Source: a virus
Taxonomy: Duplodnaviria; Caudoviricetes
DNA length: 31,021 nucleotides
Virus record (IMG/VR): IMGVR_UViG_3300016675_000040
Location: 1-31,021 of that record
Direction: 5' to 3' (one strand)
In this document: piece after piece, positions 9,601 through 17,338 of the stretch
How the letters are laid out: each line of letters opens with the position of its first letter
How positions within the stretch are numbered: position 1 is the stretch's first letter
Program-made: the position numbers and the translations under genes
Notes under the pieces: model-generated
The model's input: only the letters and a program-made list of their open reading frames with translations
Told to the model about the DNA's origin: nothing
The model's database searches: none

Positions 9601-12600
9601 TTGTAGTCCATCGCGGTTGGGTTGACCCCTGCGCTGACCGCCTCCTCAACGAAGTAGGCCACCAGCTCAGACAGAACCTGCTCGTCCTGGGTGCCGGCGT
9701 TGCCGACACGGTTGACAGCGCGCTTGGCCAGCTCCGACTCACGTGAGCCGTCATTGCTGTCCGCCCAAGAGCGGATCTTGCCAGCCAGGCGCAGGAACTC
9801 CTTACCGGACAGGAGGTCTTCCAGGCCCATGTGGACCCCGACCTCGTGCAGGAACACCGACCGAGCTGAGCCTGGACGGATGTTGTCGGCGATGAGGTAC
9901 GCCTTGCCGTTGAGGACGAACGCCTGCACTTTCTTACCCTGGGGCCCCTCCTCGGCCAGCGACTGCTGGGCAAAACGAGGGAGCTGAGACACCGACTGTA
10001 CGACAACGACCTTCTGCCGGTTGACCGGCATCAGAGTCTTGATCTCCTCCATGATGGAGGCTTCGGTGCTGGAGCCGCCTTCGGCAACCGACATCTGCGG
10101 GCGCTGGATAGCCCGCTTTTTCTTAACGATTACGACTGGGGCTTGGCTTGCTGGTCGTTGAGCTTCTTCCAGCGGTTGCTCAGCAGTAGTGTTTCCGCCA
10201 TCCCCTGCTTCAGCGGAACGGGGTTCGCCTTGTGCCTTGCCTCCAGCTCCGCGAACTCCTTGTCGTGCATCTGTACCTGCTCCGGCGTCAGGTTGGGCAG
10301 TAGCGTTGCCAGACTTTTGCGCTTCGTTGAACTCACGTTGATTCTCCGTAACAGAAGGGTCACCCGACTCGCGGGCGTTCGCGTAGTAGCGTACAGCGGT
10401 TGCCTGCTCGTAGGTGCTGAGATTCTCCCACTTCTTGCGGGTGCCCATGTTTTCAAACGCGAACTTGGCTTCCGCGATGTCGGACTCCAGGACGGCACCG
10501 GACACCAGGTCTTCGTCGAGGACTTTTTCGAGGCCCGTCTTGGCGTTTTGGATGCGCTCGGCCTCGCGCACTTGGCGGATGGCGTCCTCCAGGTCAACCT
10601 CGTAGCCCTCGGTCTCACCGTCACCTACGTCATCTTCCAGGGAGCGCGGTGCGGCCTTCTCGATCTCAACGCCCGTCTCTGGGTCGAACTGATCGAAGGC
10701 GCCATCGAACGCCCCATCCATCGAATCCGTGCCGTCTTCGGGTTTGGTCGTCGCGGTGGCGTTGCGGTTGATCGTCTCCAGGTCTGTGCCACTTAGCTGG
10801 AAGCCCAGCAGCTGGCGTAGCCGGTCAGCGTTGGTCCCCTTGGGGGCGCCGATGGCCTCAAGCGTTGCCTTGATGGCCTTGTGGACCCCCTGGCGTGTTA
10901 CGCCCGTCTTGCCGCTCTTGGAGTTCGTCAGCAGCTTGCCAATCTGCGCTTGCGAGAGTGTGTGCTCCCGTGGAGTCAGCTCACCGTTGGCGTCCACGTC
11001 CACGCCCATCCAATCTTGCAGGATTTCGAGCATGGCCTTGTCTTTCTCCGAGGCACCGTCTTTGCGCAAATCCAGCAGGTGCTGGCCGAGGCTGCGGCGG
11101 AACTCGTATTCCTCCTCGGACTTGGGGTGCGGAGCGGGACCGGCCGTTTTCTTGGGTGGGTTCAGCACCGTGTCGGCAGCAGCCAGAGTGAACTGGTCTT
11201 TCGCGGCAAGATCCGCAACCTGGGTCTTCTGCTCCGGGGTCAAGTCTCCGAACACCGGCATGACCGGGATTGAGTTGCGGACAGCGTCCGGCAGGGTGCG
11301 CAGGCGCTCACGTGCCGACTCCCAGGCTTGTTCTGCGGTGGCCAGGTCAACTTCTGGTGCGGCCTGTGCGCCGGCCTTGGCCTGGACCGCCGCAGCTGCG
11401 TTGGCCTCCAGCTGAGCCTTACCGGCTTTGGCTGCCTCGTCGACGGCGTAAGCTGCCTTGACAAACCGCGCCACCTGGTTGTTCTTGCGTTCGCCGAGCT
11501 GGACGCGCGCCTCACGGAAAGCGGCTTCGCTGATCACACCGTCGTCCAGGGCTTGCTTCAACTCCAGGTACAGGTCGGTGCCCTTGCTGCCGGTGATGCC
11601 AAGGCCCTTGGCCTCCTCGCGCACAGCGTTGCGGGCTTCGATCTTGGCCTTGTCTTCCTCAATGGCGGCCTGCTCCAGTGAGACAAGCGGAACCTCCGGG
11701 TACTCCGCAGCCCGTTCAACGAAGCCTGGGTGGTCTTGTGCTGCCAGCTGGGCACGGCGCTCCGGCACGTCTTCTGGGAAGGCTGTGGTGCCGTCCGGGA
11801 ACGTGATGAGGCGGTCGTTGCCAGCCGTTGGGTCGTAGCCAAGTTGCAGGTCCCGAGCCGGCTGACCGAGCCGCTCGCCAGTCAGCAGGTTCACGCCGCC
11901 GGTTTCGTCGATGGGGGCAACAGGGGCCTGGTAGCCCTCGCTGCGCCGCCAGCCGCCGGCTGCACCGCCGAAGGCGCCGCCAAGAGCCGCGCCGCCGACG
12001 AAGGATTCCAGGTAGCGCTCGTTGGCTTCGGGGTTGAACAGGGTCTGGTCGGGGTTGACCGCCATGCGCCCGAAGCTTTGGTTGATCATCTCCTGGCCGG
12101 TCTCAGACAGGCCCTCCGGCACAGCAGCTTTGAGTGCGTTCGCGCCTGTTCGCGCCACGACACCTTTGACGCCTTGGGCGCCATCGAGACCCCGGTTGAG
12201 CAGATCGAGCCCGGCGCGTGGCAGAGTGCCGCGAGCCGCCGCGCCCTCAAGACCGACTGCGTTCAGCGCGGCGTAGGGCACGCCACCCATCGCGGCCATG
12301 CCAAGGTCAGTGGTGCCAGTCTCGTCGCGCTGGCTTTGCAGGATGTCACCCACGGCGGACGGGTACGAAGCCGCGACACCGCCAAGGGTTGCACGGCTTG
12401 CCAGTGCCTTGGAGGCTGCCTGCCCGGCGCGGATGGCGTCGGCAGAAGCGTCAGCGGCTCGGCCAGCTGCGATGGTGCCTCGCAGTCCCGTGCTGAGCCC
12501 GCGCACGGCCAAGCCACCCACGAGGGACTCGGCGATGTAGGGTGCAGAGTCAACCGCCAAGCCACCCACGTAGTCCAGTGCGTCGCCAACACCGTCCACA

Positions 12601-12929
12601 TCCTTGTAGGACATGACGGCGCCTTGGTTCTGGGCGAACTGCTGCGCGTTGCGTGCGTCTCGCTGGTTGCTCAGGCGGACATCCCGCATTGTTTCCGAGC
12701 CTGTGACGGCCTCGGCCACCCCAGCCATGTTGGCCTGGTAGTTGTCGATGCTGGCACTGAGTCGGTTGCCCCACTTGCTGCCTGGGTCCACGCCGACAAG
12801 CTGCGCGAAGCGGTTGAAGTCCGGCACGTAGCGTGCGTACTTCTGATGTTGGTACTGGGCAATCTCAAAGTCGGTGAGGTTGTCCAGACCGCCGTTGGCT
12901 TCTCGGATCTGTTTGATGGTTGGCAGCAT
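6660..12929 (-). CDS. Large internal virion/ejection (polyvalent) protein with zincin-like HExxxH region and PLxRFG domain, 2089 aa
   Basis: Last gene of the virion arm. Gly/Ala-rich hydrophobic segments, FLHEVGVH (HEVGVH at 9831-9848) with downstream ELVAYFVEE, and YAPLRRFGD (PLRRFG at 8784-8801). Confidence 0.85.
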   Translation of the reverse strand: MLPTIKQIREANGGLDNLTDFEIAQYQHQKYARYVPDFNRFAQLVGVDPGSKWGNRLSASIDNYQANMAGVAEAVTGSETMRDVRLSNQRDARNAQQFAQNQGAVMSYKDVDGVGDALDYVGGLAVDSAPYIAESLVGGLAVRGLSTGLRGTIAAGRAADASADAIRAGQAASKALASRATLGGVAASYPSAVGDILQSQRDETGTTDLGMAAMGGVPYAALNAVGLEGAAARGTLPRAGLDLLNRGLDGAQGVKGVVARTGANALKAAVPEGLSETGQEMINQSFGRMAVNPDQTLFNPEANERYLESFVGGAALGGAFGGAAGGWRRSEGYQAPVAPIDETGGVNLLTGERLGQPARDLQLGYDPTAGNDRLITFPDGTTAFPEDVPERRAQLAAQDHPGFVERAAEYPEVPLVSLEQAAIEEDKAKIEARNAVREEAKGLGITGSKGTDLYLELKQALDDGVISEAAFREARVQLGERKNNQVARFVKAAYAVDEAAKAGKAQLEANAAAAVQAKAGAQAAPEVDLATAEQAWESARERLRTLPDAVRNSIPVMPVFGDLTPEQKTQVADLAAKDQFTLAAADTVLNPPKKTAGPAPHPKSEEEYEFRRSLGQHLLDLRKDGASEKDKAMLEILQDWMGVDVDANGELTPREHTLSQAQIGKLLTNSKSGKTGVTRQGVHKAIKATLEAIGAPKGTNADRLRQLLGFQLSGTDLETINRNATATTKPEDGTDSMDGAFDGAFDQFDPETGVEIEKAAPRSLEDDVGDGETEGYEVDLEDAIRQVREAERIQNAKTGLEKVLDEDLVSGAVLESDIAEAKFAFENMGTRKKWENLSTYEQATAVRYYANARESGDPSVTENQREFNEAQKSGNATAQPDAGAGTDARQGVRGAGGKAQGEPRSAEAGDGGNTTAEQPLEEAQRPASQAPVVIVKKKRAIQRPQMSVAEGGSSTEASIMEEIKTLMPVNRQKVVVVQSVSQLPRFAQQSLAEEGPQGKKVQAFVLNGKAYLIADNIRPGSARSVFLHEVGVHMGLEDLLSGKEFLRLAGKIRSWADSNDGSRESELAKRAVNRVGNAGTQDEQVLSELVAYFVEEAVSAGVNPTAMDYKSDLGRWMQSLISALKAGLAKLGLVDAKGLTAQDVVDMAYGAAQLEMQSDTRADDGSGSFQASVATQLGPQYAKAESGVKQAMADLKTAAVKYGAFTRDLIDQTAKYMPAASDYLKKYEAVAIDRTKMEQQVDAVLERFSELNAAERAQVNSLIRSSTMDKVWAFKPEWLTDAQAGFDRQSSQAAAFAAMTPAQQAVVRDVFKHGYDTLKQMQDAVTNNVNSEFDALIKGFRDAGNEAEAVKAEGRKKQALQEFRTMLAMNGNWPYAPLRRFGDHVVVAKSAAYLEAERQGDRKAISEMEADENHYYVEFFESRREARAAVADMQSRGRYPGGTVENFNKGDASDQLYGGRDTFNAFRRLRNLVNESGSTMDAAANAAINKLMNDLYLTLLGERSARQAERNRKNTAGADRDMMRAFATKGRADAHFIAALRNGGEVQELLVEMKKQADQGTSGTRELRREFFNEILARHTMAMDFQSTPVVDKVMAFTSFFQLMVNPAYYLQNVMQPWVMTLPMLAGKFGYARAWREMSRAYRDLAPLLKDGRFTKGDYDALPADVREVVKQLAARGRIEISLEHDLGAWRSNDAGNVASRTLSTVESKLRKANQTVEMVNRLATAITAARLEPAASAVDYADRVIIATHGDYNAFNAPRLTRTRLGRLATQFRKFQLIQITMYTKLIADAFNGASADERAVARRILAFNLGHMAGLAGAVGLPGFQFFSMVLGAAFGDDDEPDDPEATMRRILGNGPVADALIRGVPNMMGVDLSGKVGSGNMLSLFPYADWDFTSRDGYSKLVLAALGPFIGGMVPRWAEGLGHMQDGDYYKGLEKFLPGALGNAIKGARLSTEGVTTTRGDLVMGPEEVSWVDGLFQAAGLPTKTLTERSFLASAEFKASRFFNERSSEIKRAYVEAFEDNDAAALEQARRDWQDMQATRKRLGLAPQPMSQLIRAPMEKRRREAAAVGGVAADKQTEGFVRNLME

Positions 12930-12947
12930 TAGGGCTCCCGGTTGGGA

Positions 12948-14348
12948 TTAACGGGCCAGCAGGCGCAGGACTTCGGGGTCGTAGGTTTGCCCTGCCGGCT
13001 CACCTACAACAAGGCCGCGCAGGTTCACTGGCGTGCGCTGGGCTTGGTTGGCCACCTGCTGCATCTCGCGCAACGTCATCGGGCGCTGGGGTGCAGCTTG
13101 GCTGGCTGCTGGAGCGACTGCTGCCTTGGCAGGCGCTGGAGCTGCCCTGCTATTCAGATCAGCCAGTCCGGGGTCTGCAAGCCCCTGCGGTACGCCCCCT
13201 GCGCCGGCACTGCCTTGCGCCGCGTAGAGCTGCTCGATCTCAAGCATGGCCTCGCCCAGCGGGATACCGCTGCTCTGTGCGTAGTCGACCGCCAGTTTGG
13301 CGCGATCAGCCTGTGACAGCTGCGGGCGAACCGTCTTCGGCAGCAGACCGGCGGGCAGTTGAACCGCGCCACTGCCGTCACGGGGGGCCGCACCGATGTC
13401 GATGAGCACGGAACGCCCGTTGGCATCGACAAACTCTCGGATGTCACCACTGCGCCGGTTCATGGCCAGGCCAGCACGCTGATTAGCCAGGCTGGCTGCC
13501 CGGTAGCGGTCGTTCGCGGCGGCCTGCTCCCGCTGAAGCTGAAGCGCGGAGTCGCCGCGCACGTCGTCGTTGCGCAGGTTGGTGGTCCGGTTGTTGGCGT
13601 CTGTGATCGAGGTACGGATGCCGTTGGCGCGGGCCAGCGACGCGGCCAGGTCCTTGTTGACTTCGCTGATACGGGCCAGGGCTTCTTCTGGGTACTCGCC
13701 CATCATCTGCCCGGCTGCATACAGCTGGGCCTGCTCAGCTCGGCTCAGCTTCGTGAAGCGCCCGCGACCGTCGCCGTCCACGAACGACAGCTCCCGATAG
13801 CCCTTCTTGTCGGGGTCACCGATGGTCACGACATCGTCAGTGGTGTTGAGCTGGCGAATGGCTGTGTCGACGTGCCCGTCGTTGTCAGAGTCAAACTCCT
13901 TCATGTACCGCGAGAAGGCATCTTTGACCCTGAGTGCGGCACGGTTCTGATCCGACTGACGCATGCCGGCGATGTCGCCCTTGATGCGGGCGATGTTGCC
14001 GTAGACAGCCTCACGCTCGGAGGCGCTCAGCTCACGGGGCGTCGGTGCGATGTTGCCGGCCTCGAAGCCGGTAGCCTGCGGTGCGGACATGGACGACATC
14101 TCAAGACCACGGGCGCCGCCCGTAGCCTGGGGCGCAACCCCAAAGCCTTGAAGACCCGGCGCACCCTCGGCGGAGAACTCGGCCTTGGGCATGACCAGCC
14201 CCTGCTGGGGTGTCTCCAGCTTTTTCAGCTCAGCCTCGATTGCGGCTTCCTGCTTGTCTCGCTTGATGCGGTCAGCAGAGTTGTTGTATGCGTCGATTGC
14301 GCGGCTCGCCATTGCGGAGCCCGCCGTCATTCCAGAAGCCCATCCCAT
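12948..14348 (-). CDS. Probable internal virion/ejection protein, 466 aa
   Basis: Position before the largest virion gene, MGWASGM..G N-terminus, and Ala/Gln-rich helical composition. Confidence 0.7.
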   Translation of the reverse strand: MGWASGMTAGSAMASRAIDAYNNSADRIKRDKQEAAIEAELKKLETPQQGLVMPKAEFSAEGAPGLQGFGVAPQATGGARGLEMSSMSAPQATGFEAGNIAPTPRELSASEREAVYGNIARIKGDIAGMRQSDQNRAALRVKDAFSRYMKEFDSDNDGHVDTAIRQLNTTDDVVTIGDPDKKGYRELSFVDGDGRGRFTKLSRAEQAQLYAAGQMMGEYPEEALARISEVNKDLAASLARANGIRTSITDANNRTTNLRNDDVRGDSALQLQREQAAANDRYRAASLANQRAGLAMNRRSGDIREFVDANGRSVLIDIGAAPRDGSGAVQLPAGLLPKTVRPQLSQADRAKLAVDYAQSSGIPLGEAMLEIEQLYAAQGSAGAGGVPQGLADPGLADLNSRAAPAPAKAAVAPAASQAAPQRPMTLREMQQVANQAQRTPVNLRGLVVGEPAGQTYDPEVLRLLAR

Positions 14349-14349
14349 G

Positions 14350-15720
14350 TCAGCCCTCCAATTCCGATTCGAGATCGGACAAGTGTTTCTTCAGTGCGGC
14401 CTTGATGTTCCGCAGGTTCATCCGGTACTCGCCCAGGCGCTCCGGGTGGAGTTCCGCCAGGTACGCAGCCTTACCGTCATCCCACCAGGCGGTGCAGCCG
14501 ATGCACTCGGGGGCGCTGATGGACTTGAAGTGTTTGTAGATCGGGTTATTCGGAGCCCCGACCTTCTCCAGGTACGCGAACACGTCGCGGTGGCTCCATT
14601 CCCGGATAGGCAGCATGACGTAGTAGTCCTCGGCCCAGCCCTCGTGAGGCACCGTGCCGGTGTCGGCCCGCTTGGTGCCCCGAACAACCACATCGACGTT
14701 GTCGCCCAACATGCGCTGGTGCATGGGCGCCATGATGTTGTTCCAGCAGCAGTCAAACCGTGACGACAGCTTGGTCACGCCCATGCCGTACAGCAGGCCC
14801 AGGGTGTGGCTGTTGGCCGGGACGAGGTCCGACGGGGTGCCGTTGGCGCGGCGCCACTCTTGCACGTCCGAGCGCACCTCCACAAACGACGGGAGCAGTG
14901 CCTGCACCCGACGGACGACTTCTTCGGTCTCTGGGCAAGCGTCTCCCGTGTTGACCCAGTACACCCGCACGTGATGAGTCAGCCAGGGCTCCAGCAGGTA
15001 CAGGCAGGCCAGGGAGTCCTTGCCGCCGGAGAAGTGCAGTGCGACGTTGCGCCCGGCGAACAGGTCTTCGCGTTCACTCTTGCGCAGCACGTGAACGCCG
15101 TGCTCGACACCATCAAGGTGCCCGCCACGGACGACGGCCTCAACCGTGGCTCCGGGGGCCACGAACTCGTCGCGCTGGTACGCCACCGGGTCGAAACCGA
15201 TGATGTGGCAGGCTGCGCCGAACGCCTCCGTGTTGTGGAGCTGGTAGTCGAAGTCCGCCTTGAAGCGGGCTTTCACCTCCGGGGCGTATGCGTGCATGTC
15301 GTGGACGACGAGCACGCCACCTGGAGCCAGGATGCGGCGGGCCTCACGCAGCAGCTCGACGACGTCACCGTGGCCCACGGCGTAGGCCAAGACAACCGCG
15401 TCGCAGCTTGCGGGCGGCAGGCCGGTGCAGGCCATGTCAGCGAGAACCCGCTCGTGCTGCTGCGGGCACTGTGAAAGCTGCCACTCGTTGTTGTTCACCA
15501 GTGTGAAGCTCAGGTCGTCGCGCAGGATCGAGGCCAGGCGGGCGAACTCACCAGTGCCGCAGCCGAGGTCGGCCACACGGGCACCTTGGGGCAGGTCGGC
15601 CATCGCCAGCACCCGTGCGACGTGGCCCAGCTCGGTGTCAGCCAGGCGGAAAAAGTTGAGCAGGCGGACACCCTCGCCCGCGAGGGCGGTTGTCAGCTCG
15701 GCGGCGTGTTCGTAGCTCAT
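14350..15720 (-). CDS. Fusion of class I SAM-dependent methyltransferase and PAPS-reductase-like PP-loop (adenine nucleotide alpha hydrolase) domain, 456 aa
   Basis: MTase motif I DLGCGTG (15550-15570) and RRILAPGGVLVV. PP-loop SGGKDS (15013-15030), VNTGD, PIREWS..DVFAYL, CC (14746-14751) X80 CIGC (14494-14505). Start placed at ATG 15720, 2 nt after the upstream stop. Confidence 0.9.
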   Translation of the reverse strand: MSYEHAAELTTALAGEGVRLLNFFRLADTELGHVARVLAMADLPQGARVADLGCGTGEFARLASILRDDLSFTLVNNNEWQLSQCPQQHERVLADMACTGLPPASCDAVVLAYAVGHGDVVELLREARRILAPGGVLVVHDMHAYAPEVKARFKADFDYQLHNTEAFGAACHIIGFDPVAYQRDEFVAPGATVEAVVRGGHLDGVEHGVHVLRKSEREDLFAGRNVALHFSGGKDSLACLYLLEPWLTHHVRVYWVNTGDACPETEEVVRRVQALLPSFVEVRSDVQEWRRANGTPSDLVPANSHTLGLLYGMGVTKLSSRFDCCWNNIMAPMHQRMLGDNVDVVVRGTKRADTGTVPHEGWAEDYYVMLPIREWSHRDVFAYLEKVGAPNNPIYKHFKSISAPECIGCTAWWDDGKAAYLAELHPERLGEYRMNLRNIKAALKKHLSDLESELEG

Positions 15721-15722
15721 GG

Positions 15723-16610
15723 TTAGATCATGGCCGCGCCGACAGTGACGACCGCGCCCAGTGCCGCGCCGCCCATTTGGCCAGAGGCCTCCGTCTTGGC
15801 GTTCTGCCCCTGCTGCCAAGCAGACAACTGGGTGTTATACATGCTGCCCGCGTTCTGACCCAGCGAAGCTGCACCCTGGTTCACCTGACCCCAGCCGCTG
15901 TTGAGCCCCGCCAGGCCGCTGTTGGCGAGGCTCAGGCCGTTTGCGCCGTACCCCGCACCCGCACCGGACAGGCCAGAAGCCTGCGTGGCGTAGCCTGCCA
16001 GAGCGTTGTTGGCGCGATCAGTCAGTGCATAACCCTCTTGGCGGGCGGCGGCACGGACACGGTTGGCGGCGTTGGCTTTGGCGGTGGCCTGGTCGATGTT
16101 CAGGGACTGGTCCAGGGCGGCGGCACGGCCCGAAGACAGGTTGATGCCGCGACGGGCCATCGCACGCAGGCTTTGACCGCGCACATTGGAGAAGGCCAGA
16201 TCGACGTCGGCATTGGCCTCGTCTGCCATCTGGTTCATGCGGCCCGCAGTGTTGAACTCGTTGGCCTCCGTGACCATGCGATCCTGCATCTGGGTTTGCA
16301 GTCCGCGACGCTGTAGGGCGTAGGCGCGGTCAGCTTGCGACTGTGCGTAGGCTGTCCTGGAGCTGTCCAGACCGAATTGGAGCTGCTCACGTTGGAGCGG
16401 CGCCATCTGGTTGTTAATCTGCATCATCTGGGTCAGGGCTTGGTCCTGAATCCCCATCGACTTGATCTGGGCGGCGACAAGGCGCGGATCTGGCGGCGGG
16501 GCACTGTCGCCCTTGCCGCCCTCAAGCGTCATGGAGCCGAACCGACCGCAGCGGGGTCGGAAGGCTCGCTCCGGGAGCATGTCCCATTCGTGCTGGTGAA
16601 ACTTAGCCAT
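15723..16610 (-). CDS. P22 gp7-like ejection (DNA transfer) protein with N-terminal leader and GGKG motif, 295 aa
   Basis: MTLE-GGKGDS after about 30 aa, Gln/Ala-rich helices, hydrophobic Gly-zipper C-terminus GGAALGAVVTVGAAMI. It follows a GNAT gene, as in the P22 gene 14-7 order. Confidence 0.72.
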   Translation of the reverse strand: MAKFHQHEWDMLPERAFRPRCGRFGSMTLEGGKGDSAPPPDPRLVAAQIKSMGIQDQALTQMMQINNQMAPLQREQLQFGLDSSRTAYAQSQADRAYALQRRGLQTQMQDRMVTEANEFNTAGRMNQMADEANADVDLAFSNVRGQSLRAMARRGINLSSGRAAALDQSLNIDQATAKANAANRVRAAARQEGYALTDRANNALAGYATQASGLSGAGAGYGANGLSLANSGLAGLNSGWGQVNQGAASLGQNAGSMYNTQLSAWQQGQNAKTEASGQMGGAALGAVVTVGAAMI

Positions 16611-17016
16611 GATGGTATCGACAGTCTTTCTTCCACATGACGTAGAGGATCACGTCCCCGCCGTCGCGTGCTGCGCCTTTGAGAACGGCCTCCTCTCGGA
16701 AGCCAAGGTGCTCGTCAAAGCGTCGAGCCGCCGCATTGCTTGCATCCACATAACCGCTCACGCGGTCCACGCCAAGCTGCACGAACGGGTAGGTGAAAGC
16801 CGCCCGGAGGAAATCGCGTGTGAGCCAGTGTGATCCCGGCTCCGCTGCCACGTGCATCCAGATGTTGTGGCCGGTGTAGCCCTCGTAGACCACACCAGCA
16901 ACGAGTTTGCCGCCCCGCTCCAGACCGATAGCCCTCATGCTGCCAACGGGCTGGAGGGCGACGCGCTCGGAGACGAACGCGAAGACTCGGGCTGGATCGA
17001 AGACGATCTGCGACAT
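16603..17016 (-). CDS. GNAT-family acyltransferase (P22 gp14/T7 gp13-like position), 137 aa
   Basis: C-terminal VDASNAAARRFDEHLGFREEAVLK (RimJ/RimL-type motif B) and AFTYPFVQLGVDRV. Confidence 0.88.
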   Translation of the reverse strand: MSQIVFDPARVFAFVSERVALQPVGSMRAIGLERGGKLVAGVVYEGYTGHNIWMHVAAEPGSHWLTRDFLRAAFTYPFVQLGVDRVSGYVDASNAAARRFDEHLGFREEAVLKGAARDGGDVILYVMWKKDCRYHHG

Positions 17017-17279
17017 CAGTCAGCTGCGGGGGTTTCCGGCAGGGGGTCGGCCGGGGTTTCAACGGCGGTTGTCTTCGCGGTCTTCGCGGTCTTCGCGGGG
17101 GCGGCCTTGACCGGCTTGACTTCGGTGGCCTGGACCTCGACGACGTTCTCCAGCTCGTCCGCGCCTTCGGGGGTGATGACGAACTGGCCGTTGCGGTAGT
17201 GGCCCACGACCTTGCGGCCCAGGATCAAGTCACCACAGACGCACTCAGCGCCACGGGCAATCAGCTCTTTGTCTTGCAT
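17016..17279 (-). CDS. Small hypothetical protein with Lys/Ala/Thr/Pro-rich tail, 87 aa
   Basis: ATG at 17279 preceded by AGGAG, strong codon bias, and its own upstream promoter/operator. Confidence 0.8.
   Translation of the reverse strand: MQDKELIARGAECVCGDLILGRKVVGHYRNGQFVITPEGADELENVVEVQATEVKPVKAAPAKTAKTAKTTAVETPADPLPETPAAD
17071..17097 (+). repeat. (GTCTTCGCG)x3 in-frame repeat encoding AKT x3 on the - strand
   Basis: Three exact 9-bp copies. Confidence 0.9.
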
Positions 17280-17306
17280 GAGGAAGCTCCTATTTGAGGT
17301 GTTGAG

Positions 17307-17335
17307 ATTATGACCTAACACGTTAGATAAGGCTA
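17307..17335 (-). promoter_or_regulatory. Putative promoter with operator-like motif in the spacer
   Basis: On the - strand TAGCCT (weak -35), 17 bp, CATAAT. CTAACGTGTTAG lies at 17326-17315. Confidence 0.65.
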
Positions 17336-17338
17336 GTG

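Noticed and set aside
10110-10135. KKKR nuclear-localisation-like stretch in the giant protein
   Set aside because: This is a short basic patch in a disordered linker of a bacteriophage protein, with no support for a eukaryotic role.
14350-15060. cysH auxiliary metabolic gene for sulfate assimilation
   Set aside because: It lacks the ECGLH catalytic motif, is fused to a methyltransferase and sits among ejection genes.
15180-15720. DNA adenine/cytosine methyltransferase
   Set aside because: No DPPY/NPPY/SPPY or PC catalytic motif was seen.
15721-15819. ORF-track upstream starts (15819, and likewise 2175, 17321, 21977, 23468, 27827)
   Set aside because: They overlap neighbouring genes or promoters. 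Downstream ATGs with an RBS or stop-start coupling fit better.
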